IMG/VR virus record: IMGVR_UViG_3300006879_000018
Span: 1 to 27,627 of that record
From: a virus
Taxonomy: Duplodnaviria > Caudoviricetes
DNA: 27,627 bases
Direction: 5' to 3' (one strand)
How positions within the stretch are numbered: the stretch's first letter is position 1; each line of letters opens with the position of its first letter. Positions 6,203-14,401 of the stretch are shown piece after piece. Both the position numbers and the translations under genes were made by a program. The notes beneath the pieces are model-generated. The model ran no database searches and had not been told where the DNA came from. It saw only the letters and a list, made by a program, of their open reading frames with translations.

Positions 6203-6283
6203 CAACGGGGCCACCTTCAGACGGGGCGTTTGAACGGGCATGCTCCCTTCTGTATGAAAAATTCCAACAATTTTTGAAATTTT
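6187..6283. other. Probable cos/packaging initiation region
   Basis: GC-rich island (gccccc...ggggcc...gaacgggcatgctcccttc...aaaaattcc) between HNH and terS, where cos lies in HK97-like phages; cut site not determinable. Confidence 0.55.
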
Positions 6284-6368
6284 GGACAAAAAAATAACCC
6301 TGGAACTTTAAACAAAGCCCAGAGTTATGCGATTTCTTTTAAATTCATCATAGCACGGGAGTGATAAC

Positions 6369-6824
6369 TTGGCAAGGAAACAAAAACTATTAAGAAATTC
6401 AACTGGTCACCTTAGAATGGTGGAGCAAGAAGCTAAATATAAGGCTGAATTTCTGGCTAAAGATGGTTTGCCGGAATTGCAAAAAACACCTCCGCGTCAT
6501 TTAGATTCAGTGGCCAAAGCTGAATATCGAAGAATTGTAGACACTCTAGGAAAACTACCTTTACGGAATTTAGACCGTACAGAATTAGAACTATATTGTA
6601 CTTGGTATAGCGTTTATAAAAATACACTCATAAAGCTAAAGGAAGAAACTGATCCAGATGAGATCAGTTCTTTTGTTTCTACACTTGATAAAGCAACTCG
6701 TAACATTAAAGGCTTAGCATCTGATTTAGGTTTAAATGTAAATTCACGTATGCAAATGAATATGCCAGAAAAGGAAGAAGACAAACCAAAAAGCTTAAAA
6801 GAAAGATATGGTATGTCATCATGA
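6369..6824 (+). CDS. terS: Terminase small subunit (P27 family)
   Basis: PPRHLDSVAKAEY, LELYC..Y, ASDLGLNVNSR motifs. Confidence 0.92.
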   Translation: MARKQKLLRNSTGHLRMVEQEAKYKAEFLAKDGLPELQKTPPRHLDSVAKAEYRRIVDTLGKLPLRNLDRTELELYCTWYSVYKNTLIKLKEETDPDEISSFVSTLDKATRNIKGLASDLGLNVNSRMQMNMPEKEEDKPKSLKERYGMSS

Positions 6825-8527
6825 ATTATGTTAAAGATTATGCTGAAAAGGTCATTAGTGGTGAGATTTTAGCAGGTAAAAAGGTTATTTTAGCTGCTAA
6901 AAGATTTATCAATGACTTAGAACGACAAGAAGATGATGATTTTGAATATTATTTTGACAATGAACGAGCAAACAAAGTTATAGGATTTATGGAGATTTTG
7001 CCAGATCCTAAAACAATGCAAGCTTATCCATTGGCAGACTTTCAAAGATTTATCATTGGTAATATGTATGGTTGGTGGCGAAAAGATGATAATTCTAAGC
7101 GTAGATTTCGTAAAGGAATGTTATCTATGGCCAGAAAAAATGGTAAATCAATTCTTATTTCTGGTGTTGCATTATATGAGTTTTTATTAGGTAATTCACC
7201 TGCATTTTCTAGACAAATTTTCTGTACTGCTAACGACAAAAAGCAGGCTAACATTGTATTTACGATGATTAAGAAACGTTTGAATTCATTAAGATCTAGA
7301 GATGGTGATACTAAGCGTGGAACTAAGGTAGTTCGCGATGAGATTAGAAACTTAGATGATTATTCTTATGTTCGAGCATTATCTAAAGATACAGGCACTG
7401 TCGATGGTTTCGAACCACACATTGGTATTCTAGATGAATATGCAGCAAGTAAAACAACTGAAATGATGGAACTTTTAGAGTCTGGCCAAGCCTTACTAGA
7501 TAATTCATTGATTATGATTATTTCAACAGCTGGGTTTGATTTGAATGCACCAATGCATACAGTTGAATATCCTTATGCAACTAAAGTTTTAAAAGGCGAC
7601 ATCATTGACGATACTTACTTTGCTTACATTGCTGAACAAGATAGTGTAGATGAAGTCGAAGATCCTAAAAATTGGATTAAATCAAATCCTATTTTGGCAG
7701 TTGACTCTTTAAACGATCAAGTTAATGGATATTTGCAAAAGCGATGGACTGAAGCTAAAGAGAAAGGCACGAAAAATGCAGTTTTAGTAAAGAACTTTAA
7801 CATGTGGCGTCAAGCAGAAGAAGATTCATACATGGATGTAGAAACATGGGAAGAAGCAGAGATTGAACCGATTGATATTACTGGCCAAAGAGTATGGTTT
7901 GGTATTGACGTTGGTAAATCTTCTGACTTATATGCGATATCTTGGTTAATTCCACAAGAAGGATATTGGTATGCTAATTCATATGCTTTTGTGGCTACTA
8001 AGTATGGTTTAGACGCTAAAATTAAAGCTGATAGATTAGACTATCGAAGACTTCAGGATTTAGGTCAGTGTGAAATTACTGAATTAGAGAGTGGAATTAT
8101 TGATGTTGAGCGTGTCTATCAATGGCTAGATGATTTTATCACTCAAAATGATTTAGATGTTCAAGGGATTTGTTTTGACCCAGCTCAATATGGTTCCTTG
8201 CTAACACAAATTGAAAAAAATCATCCTGAATGGGAACAGATTTCGATTAGACAAGGAACACTAACTTTATCAATGCCAACTAAGCAATTCAGAGATGATG
8301 TTTTAGACCACAGAATTAAGCATCCAAACAATGAAATCCTAAGTGGAGCAATTGCTAATGCAGTGCTTAAATCTGATAACAATGGTGTACGTATTGATAA
8401 GAATAAGTATGCTAACAAAATTGACGCTTTGGATGCATTGTTAGACGCGTATGCAGTATGTTTTAGAGAAGATATTGATAACTATTTAACCAGTGAAGAT
8501 ATCTTGAATAGTGATTTTGGCTTTTAG
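6821..8527 (+). CDS. terL: Terminase large subunit
   Basis: Walker A ARKNGKS, Walker B ILDE, nuclease GID and KIDALDA. Confidence 0.97.
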   Translation: MNYVKDYAEKVISGEILAGKKVILAAKRFINDLERQEDDDFEYYFDNERANKVIGFMEILPDPKTMQAYPLADFQRFIIGNMYGWWRKDDNSKRRFRKGMLSMARKNGKSILISGVALYEFLLGNSPAFSRQIFCTANDKKQANIVFTMIKKRLNSLRSRDGDTKRGTKVVRDEIRNLDDYSYVRALSKDTGTVDGFEPHIGILDEYAASKTTEMMELLESGQALLDNSLIMIISTAGFDLNAPMHTVEYPYATKVLKGDIIDDTYFAYIAEQDSVDEVEDPKNWIKSNPILAVDSLNDQVNGYLQKRWTEAKEKGTKNAVLVKNFNMWRQAEEDSYMDVETWEEAEIEPIDITGQRVWFGIDVGKSSDLYAISWLIPQEGYWYANSYAFVATKYGLDAKIKADRLDYRRLQDLGQCEITELESGIIDVERVYQWLDDFITQNDLDVQGICFDPAQYGSLLTQIEKNHPEWEQISIRQGTLTLSMPTKQFRDDVLDHRIKHPNNEILSGAIANAVLKSDNNGVRIDKNKYANKIDALDALLDAYAVCFREDIDNYLTSEDILNSDFGF

Positions 8528-8538
8528 GTGGTGATGAA

Positions 8539-8697
8539 GTGAAATTTCTACAGGATAATGAACCAGTTATTATATTTATTTTGGCTTGTATTTGCTTAGC
8601 ATATACAGGCTTTTTGTTTAGTTTTAAAATTGGCTTTCTGATTATTTCGATTGAATTGTTTGTTATGGCAATTATTTCTTATTTTCGAGGGTGGTGA
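8539..8697 (+). CDS. Small membrane protein between terL and portal (52 aa; not in ORF track)
   Basis: GTG start with GGTGGTG RBS; MKFLQDNEPVIIFILACICLAYTGFLFSFKIGFLIISIELFVMAIISYFRGW, two hydrophobic segments. Confidence 0.8.
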   Translation: MKFLQDNEPVIIFILACICLAYTGFLFSFKIGFLIISIELFVMAIISYFRGW

Positions 8698-8702
8698 TAT
8701 AG

Positions 8703-9932
8703 GTGTTATTTAAATTTGAAAAAAGAGATTGGGCTAGTGATTATCTAACGCAAGGAACGTTACCAAGCTGGAATAATTCTGGCAATTATATAGGAATTTC
8801 TGCCTTAAAAAATTCTGATATTTTAACAGCTGTATCACATATCGCATCTAATGTGGCCAGATTTCCAATTGTGGCTTTGGATAAGCAAAATCGTAATAAG
8901 ACCCCCGAAGAGATGGACTATTTAATTAATAAGTCCCCCAACGGAACAATGAATGCTTATCATTGGAAGTTTGTCATGACAGTTAACGCAATTTTGACCG
9001 GCGATGGTTTCTCTAGAATTGTACGTGATCCTAAGGATAACAAACCACTTGATATTGAGTATTATCCAACATCTCAAGTATCGATTGATGATAGCGATGT
9101 TACTAATGTTAAGTATCACTTTACACCGATTAACGGTAAAGAAATCGTTGAACCAATCGACAATGTTATTCATTTTATGTTTTTTACCTATGACGGTATT
9201 CATGGGCGCTCACCACTACTATCGCTAAAAGATGAAATTGGATTACAAGAAGATGGGATAGCCACTTTGAGACGTTTCTTTAAATCAGGTATGAAAGGCG
9301 GACTTTTAAAAGCAAAAGGTAAGCTTAATAAAGAAGCTCGAAGAAAAATGCGAGAAGAATTTGAGTATGCACAACGCGGAGCAACAACTGGTAGTCCGAT
9401 TGTTATAGATAGCAATACAGAGTATTCGCCAATTGAAGTTGATACGAATGTTTTACAGTTAATCAATTCAAATAATTACTCAACATCACAGATTGCTAAA
9501 GCATTGCATATTCCAGCTTACAAGTTAGCTATTAATAGCCCAAACCAATCAATTAAGCAGTTGAACGAAGATTTTATCCGTTCTGATTTACCATATTATT
9601 TCAATCCGATTGCTAGTGATATTGGAAATAAAATGTTAAATCCAGAAGATAAAAGGTTATTGAGAGTGGAATTTGATACCAGAAAAGAGACTGGTTTGAC
9701 CGTTACAGAAGCAGTTGCTGCATCAAACGGAACGATGATTACACCTAATGAAGCTAGATATCTAATTGGGCTAGAGTATTCAGATGAACCAGATTTAGAA
9801 AGGTTTCAATCAACGCTTAATACAGTATTTTTGGATCAAAAAGAAGAGTATCAAAAGAATATGCAAAACAAGGATAATCGCTTGAAAGGTGGTGAGGAAG
9901 ATGGACAAGGAAATCAGGCAAGTAACAACTAA
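8703..9932 (+). CDS. Portal protein, HK97 family
   Basis: VIHF, DGIHGRSPL, QIAKALHIP, ITPNEAR motifs. Confidence 0.95.
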   Translation: MLFKFEKRDWASDYLTQGTLPSWNNSGNYIGISALKNSDILTAVSHIASNVARFPIVALDKQNRNKTPEEMDYLINKSPNGTMNAYHWKFVMTVNAILTGDGFSRIVRDPKDNKPLDIEYYPTSQVSIDDSDVTNVKYHFTPINGKEIVEPIDNVIHFMFFTYDGIHGRSPLLSLKDEIGLQEDGIATLRRFFKSGMKGGLLKAKGKLNKEARRKMREEFEYAQRGATTGSPIVIDSNTEYSPIEVDTNVLQLINSNNYSTSQIAKALHIPAYKLAINSPNQSIKQLNEDFIRSDLPYYFNPIASDIGNKMLNPEDKRLLRVEFDTRKETGLTVTEAVAASNGTMITPNEARYLIGLEYSDEPDLERFQSTLNTVFLDQKEEYQKNMQNKDNRLKGGEEDGQGNQASNN

Positions 9933-10539
9933 AATTGAGTTGCGAACAGAAGGAACAGAAAGCGATCCGGAAGAAGTAATCGAAGGATATGCTTTGAAGT
10001 TCAATCGTGATTCTAGCGTATTAGGTGGTTGGGTCAGATTCATTGAAAGAATTGATGAACACGCTTTGGATAATGCTGATATGTCAAATGTAGTAGCAAC
10101 CTTTAACCATGATAATAATCAAGTTTTAGGCAGATCTAATGTTAATTTAGATTTAACTGTAGATAATATCGGTTTGAAGTTCAGAGTTAAACCTACAGAC
10201 ACCAGCTATGCTAAAGATTTAATGGCTAATATTCGTTCAGGCGTTATTAATCAATGTAGTTTTGCTTTTACTATTCCAGAAAGTGATGATGCTCAAGAGT
10301 GGCGCGATGCAGATCAAGATGGAGTTGATTATTATCGTGAAATTCGTCAAATTGACAAAATTTATGATGTATCTGTCGTTACTACTCCAGCTTATCCGGA
10401 TACAGAAGCAACTGTTGGGCAACGCTCGCTAGATATGCTTAAGAAAAAACAAGCAGAAAAAGAGAGTAGAGAATTAGAACCTTTGCGAGAAAAAATGCTA
10501 TTAGAACTCGAAAGAGAACAATTATTAAGAGATTTATAG
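9901..10539 (+). CDS. HK97-family prohead protease
   Basis: IEGYALKFN, FNHD...LGR, QCSFAF, DVSVVTTPAYPDT. Confidence 0.95.
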   Translation: MDKEIRQVTTKIELRTEGTESDPEEVIEGYALKFNRDSSVLGGWVRFIERIDEHALDNADMSNVVATFNHDNNQVLGRSNVNLDLTVDNIGLKFRVKPTDTSYAKDLMANIRSGVINQCSFAFTIPESDDAQEWRDADQDGVDYYREIRQIDKIYDVSVVTTPAYPDTEATVGQRSLDMLKKKQAEKESRELEPLREKMLLELEREQLLRDL

Positions 10540-10554
10540 AAAGAAGGAGATTTC

Positions 10555-11667
10555 ATGAATATCCAAGAACGTATTCGAGAATTATTAGATAAAAACAAAA
10601 AACTTCGCAGTCAAATTGAAGATAATACTGTACAAGCTCGTACGCTTTTGACTAAAGAAGATGCTGTAAAAGATGATTTAGATAAAGCTAAGAAATTACG
10701 TAGCAAGTCTAAAGAATTAGAGGGAGAAATCCGTAGTAATGAAGAAACTATTGCAATGTTAAAGGAGTTAACAGGCGGTTCTCGTTCTAACGGTGATAAT
10801 GGCAATGATGGTGTAAATGAACGTGAAGCACTTAATGTTTACTTGCACACACGCGATGCAGCAAGTGCTGGATTAAAGACAACAGACGCTGCAGTAACGA
10901 TTCCAGAAAGTATCGTATACAATCCAGAAAATGAAGTAAAAACAGTAACCGACTTATCCCAACTTGTTACTCAATTTACAGCTACAACAGCATCTGGTAA
11001 ATACCCAATTTTAAAGAAAGCTACATCTGCATTGCATACTGTTGAAGAATTAGCGCAAAACCCAGATTTAGCTAAACCAGAATTCGAAGAAGTAGATTGG
11101 AAAGTAAATACATATCGTGGTGCTATTCCTTTATCTCAAGAAAGCATTGACGATTCTGCAGTTGATTTGGTTGGTATCGTTGCTAAGAATGCAAACGAAC
11201 AAAAAATCAACACTACTAACACAGCTATTTCTACAGTATTAAAAGGATTTACTGCTAAAGAAGCCAAAACATTAGATGATTTGAAACACATCTTAAATGT
11301 TGATTTAGATCCAGCATACGGACGTACAATTGTATGTTCCCAATCATTCTATCAATGGTTGGACACATTGAAAGATGGCAACGGTCAATACTTGTTACAT
11401 GCACCTATCACAGAAAGTTCTCCAGCAACATTATTAGGTGTTAATGTTCACGTTGTAGAAGATACTTTATTAGGTGCTAGTGGCGAAATGCATGCATTTG
11501 TTGGTGATTTAGCACGCGCTGTGTTATACGCAAATCGCAAAGATATTCAAGTACGTTGGGTAGACAACGAAATTTATGGTCAATACTTACAAGTGGTAAC
11601 ACGTTTTGGAACAAAAGCAGCTGATAAGAGTGCCGGCTACTTCGTAACAGTTAACGCGTTAAAATAG
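10555..11667 (+). CDS. Major capsid protein, HK97 family
   Basis: N-terminal coiled-coil delta domain, TIPE, LKDGNGQYL, FVGD motifs. Confidence 0.96.
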   Translation: MNIQERIRELLDKNKKLRSQIEDNTVQARTLLTKEDAVKDDLDKAKKLRSKSKELEGEIRSNEETIAMLKELTGGSRSNGDNGNDGVNEREALNVYLHTRDAASAGLKTTDAAVTIPESIVYNPENEVKTVTDLSQLVTQFTATTASGKYPILKKATSALHTVEELAQNPDLAKPEFEEVDWKVNTYRGAIPLSQESIDDSAVDLVGIVAKNANEQKINTTNTAISTVLKGFTAKEAKTLDDLKHILNVDLDPAYGRTIVCSQSFYQWLDTLKDGNGQYLLHAPITESSPATLLGVNVHVVEDTLLGASGEMHAFVGDLARAVLYANRKDIQVRWVDNEIYGQYLQVVTRFGTKAADKSAGYFVTVNALK

Positions 11668-11669
11668 CG

Positions 11670-11804
11670 GTGTCCGATGTACAAGCGGACGTTAAACCAA
11701 CTTCCGCGAATACAGTAGCGGAGATTAAAGCTTACTTAGATAAGAAAAAAATAAGCTATCCATCAAGTGCTAATAAAGACGCTTTACTAGGGTTGGTGGA
11801 GTAA
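11670..11804 (+). CDS. HeH/LEM-like small domain, probably a -1 frameshift extension of the capsid
   Basis: KPTSANTVAEIKAYLDKKKISYPSSANKDALLGLV in the -1 frame relative to the capsid; no RBS. Confidence 0.7.
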   Translation: MSDVQADVKPTSANTVAEIKAYLDKKKISYPSSANKDALLGLVE

Positions 11805-11805
11805 T

Positions 11806-12216
11806 ATGAGATTAACGGACGAACAATTTGCAACGATTAAAAATTATTGCAAAATAGACCAAGATTATGATGATGACTTGCTACATATCATCATAGATGG
11901 AGCAAGCGATGAAATTGCTAAAGCGATTGTCGAAAATGGAACTGCAGATACTTTTCTAGTGTCTGAAGACAAATACGACAGTCGCTTTTTTGTAGCTGTC
12001 ATGAAACAAGTTGCTGAAGAATATACTCAACGCGGTTTAACATCTACAAACTATCGATTTGAGTTGTTAACGGGATTGAGTTCAATTATCAATCAATTAA
12101 GGAGTGAGTATATGCATGAGACTATCGACGATGACGGAGAGAATAACATTTTACTCGATCAGTTCGGGGATAGATCCAAAAACTCACCGACAGATAGCGG
12201 ACAAGGAACAAGATGA
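11806..12216 (+). CDS. Head-tail connector (gp6-like)
   Basis: IKNYCKIDQDYDDDLL motif; position. Confidence 0.88.
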   Translation: MRLTDEQFATIKNYCKIDQDYDDDLLHIIIDGASDEIAKAIVENGTADTFLVSEDKYDSRFFVAVMKQVAEEYTQRGLTSTNYRFELLTGLSSIINQLRSEYMHETIDDDGENNILLDQFGDRSKNSPTDSGQGTR

Positions 12217-12454
12217 GTTTTCTTGTTGGTGCGAAGTGTCAAAACTAACAGTACGTGAAACTGTTAAGGCACCTTCTGAGATGGGGTTTAGAAAAGAAAC
12301 TCCCGTATTTTTAATTGCTTATAAGCAACAAAAAGAAATTCAACCTGAATGGCGAATTAAATGGCGTGGTAAACGTTATGAAATAACTGGAATAGATCCA
12401 GATTATCAGAATAAAGATCTTACTAAAGTTACAGGGCAGGTGATTAATAGATGA
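12116..12454 (+). CDS. Head closure / head-tail adaptor
   Basis: MTERITF, WRIKWRGKRYEI.GIDPD. Confidence 0.88.
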   Translation: MRLSTMTERITFYSISSGIDPKTHRQIADKEQDEFSCWCEVSKLTVRETVKAPSEMGFRKETPVFLIAYKQQKEIQPEWRIKWRGKRYEITGIDPDYQNKDLTKVTGQVINR

Positions 12455-12813
12455 GTGTTACAGGCGAAGAAGAAATATTAGCTAACTTGTTAAAACATAG
12501 ACGATATGTTGAAAAGAATTCTAGAAAAGCAGTCAGAAATGGTGCTGAAGCTTTTAGAGAAGTATTAGTTTCAAATACTCCAGTCAGTTCAACTGATGGA
12601 GAGCATTTAAGAGATCATACTAAAAAAAGTAACTTGAAATCTTCAACTGGTGTATTCCAACAAGATATTGGATACGATAAAGAAACTGGTTGGCGCGCTC
12701 ACTTCCCTAATTCTGGGACAGTTAAGCAAAAACCCCAACATTTTATCGAAAAATCACGTGAACAAGCTGTTGGTAAGGTACGTCGAGAATTCATTGAGGC
12801 TTTGAAAGTATGA
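12451..12813 (+). CDS. HK97 gp10-family neck protein
   Basis: HLRD, WRAHFPNSGT..QKPQHF. Confidence 0.88.
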   Translation: MSVTGEEEILANLLKHRRYVEKNSRKAVRNGAEAFREVLVSNTPVSSTDGEHLRDHTKKSNLKSSTGVFQQDIGYDKETGWRAHFPNSGTVKQKPQHFIEKSREQAVGKVRREFIEALKV

Positions 12814-13235
12814 GTTTAATTGATTTTGAAGTTGCTGATTGGCTAACTGCTAACCAAGATTTAGTAGATAAATTAGCTGAATTAATGCAAAACAAATTAG
12901 ATTATGCACCTATATTTACCGACACACCAGATGATACTTTTATCAAGATTGAAAATACACCTTGGATAAGAGTAACTGGTTTTGGCGATGGTGCAGTTTA
13001 CGCTGATAATCAAAGACTATTCGAACAACCTAATGTACAGGTTGATTTTTGGGTAAGAGAAGAAAATGTAGATAGATTAGAAGATATAGCAGAAGAAATT
13101 TATCGAACCATGAAACAACATTATTTTGAAAGAACGGATTTTAACCACGAAAGAGATCCGGATTTCAATGGTTGTATCATGGTTCGAAATGTTTTTGCAG
13201 GTATTAAAGAAAGGACGGCTGATAGAAATGGCTGA
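12810..13235 (+). CDS. Putative tail terminator / tail completion protein
   Basis: PWIRVT, YADN, VQVDFW; position before the major tail gene. Confidence 0.75.
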   Translation: MSLIDFEVADWLTANQDLVDKLAELMQNKLDYAPIFTDTPDDTFIKIENTPWIRVTGFGDGAVYADNQRLFEQPNVQVDFWVREENVDRLEDIAEEIYRTMKQHYFERTDFNHERDPDFNGCIMVRNVFAGIKERTADRNG

Positions 13236-13821
13236 TAATAAAAAAGTAGCATCATTTGGTGTATCTAACTTTGAATATGGGATTGTAACAGACGAATTAG
13301 TTCAGACAACACGCAAGGTGTCCGGCTTGAAAGAAGTAAAGCTCGAATTAACAAATGATTTAAAAACTCTTGCAGCAGATAATACTGCATATTTAGTGCT
13401 TTCTGGTGGAATTACAGAAGCTAAAGAAACTATTAACATCTACGATGTTGATTCAAAAATGAAGCAAGATCTATACGGAATTCAAGTAAAAAAAGGTGTA
13501 GAAGTATATTCAAAAGGAATTACACCTAATTACGTAGCAACTTTATTTAGAACAGAATTGTCTAATGGTAAGCACACTTGGTTTGGTATGTTGAAAGGTA
13601 TGTTCTCATTGCCAGACTCCACAAGTAAAACACAAGATGGCGCACCAGATCCAGATCCAGCAGAAATTGTAGGTAATTTCGTGGCACGTGGTGCAGAAGA
13701 AACTATCTTGTTAATCGGACGCGAAGATAACGAAGATTTCGATTTTGATACATTCCACAAAGCAGTATTTCCAACAGCACAAAGCGATGTGGATGCTTTG
13801 TTGAACGCAGTTAAAGCTTAG
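13228..13821 (+). CDS. Major tail protein (phi13 family)
   Basis: ATG 13228 with AAAGGA RBS; FGVSNFEY, LAADN, PNYVATLF, GMLKGMF. Confidence 0.9.
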   Translation: MADNKKVASFGVSNFEYGIVTDELVQTTRKVSGLKEVKLELTNDLKTLAADNTAYLVLSGGITEAKETINIYDVDSKMKQDLYGIQVKKGVEVYSKGITPNYVATLFRTELSNGKHTWFGMLKGMFSLPDSTSKTQDGAPDPDPAEIVGNFVARGAEETILLIGREDNEDFDFDTFHKAVFPTAQSDVDALLNAVKA

Positions 13822-13871
13822 AATTAAAAAAACAGAGACGAGAGATGTGAAACGAGAAAGGATAATGAATT

Positions 13872-14207
13872 ATGTATGATATCGAACTTGTAATTGATGG
13901 AAAAAAGAAGAAATTTGAACGTAACTATCCACCTACATTAGCTAATATCACCGACGCGATGAAGATTCAACGAATTGAAATTGAAATGGTTAATAGTGGC
14001 AAGTCGTTCTACACTGATGAACAACTTGATGAACGCGAAAAGAGAATTGCCGATTTTGCAGTTAGATTCTGGAAAAATCAATTTACCGCCGAAGATGTGC
14101 TAAATGGTGCAGATTTAAAGACTGTAAATGTAATTAATAAAGCAGTAGAAGATGCATTAGGTGTTGAAAGAACAGAAGAAAGTGACGAAAAAAAGTCAAA
14201 AAAATAA
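13872..14207 (+). CDS. Tail assembly chaperone (gpG-like)
   Basis: Position between major tail and TMP; NQFT.EDVLNG; slippery A-runs at the 3' end. Confidence 0.85.
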   Translation: MYDIELVIDGKKKKFERNYPPTLANITDAMKIQRIEIEMVNSGKSFYTDEQLDEREKRIADFAVRFWKNQFTAEDVLNGADLKTVNVINKAVEDALGVERTEESDEKKSKK

Positions 14208-14386
14208 CAGTCAAGGATGTTGATAAAACAATTCAAGACATCCATGACTTTTATAAGGCTCGTATGCAAGAAGGATATAAATTTCATGAAGTCGATGAAT
14301 TCACTTGGGATGATTTAGACAGACTAGAAGAAATTTATAAACCTAAGAAACAATACATTGATGAAGTATTTCCATTTTTATTTTAG
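14189..14386 (+). CDS. gpGT-like extension reached by -1 programmed frameshift
   Basis: A AAA AAG (14189-14195) and A AAA AAA (14198-14204); -1 frame open to TAG 14384-14386 (...DFYKARMQEGYKFHEVDEFTW...VFPFLF). Confidence 0.8.
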   Translation, partial: KKVKKITVKDVDKTIQDIHDFYKARMQEGYKFHEVDEFTWDDLDRLEEIYKPKKQYIDEVFPFLF

Positions 14387-14401
14387 AAAGGAGGATATTG
14401 C

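Noticed and set aside
12116-12216. 100-nt overlap of head-tail connector and adaptor genes
   Set aside because: Overlaps are common in neck modules; no evidence for a programmed event
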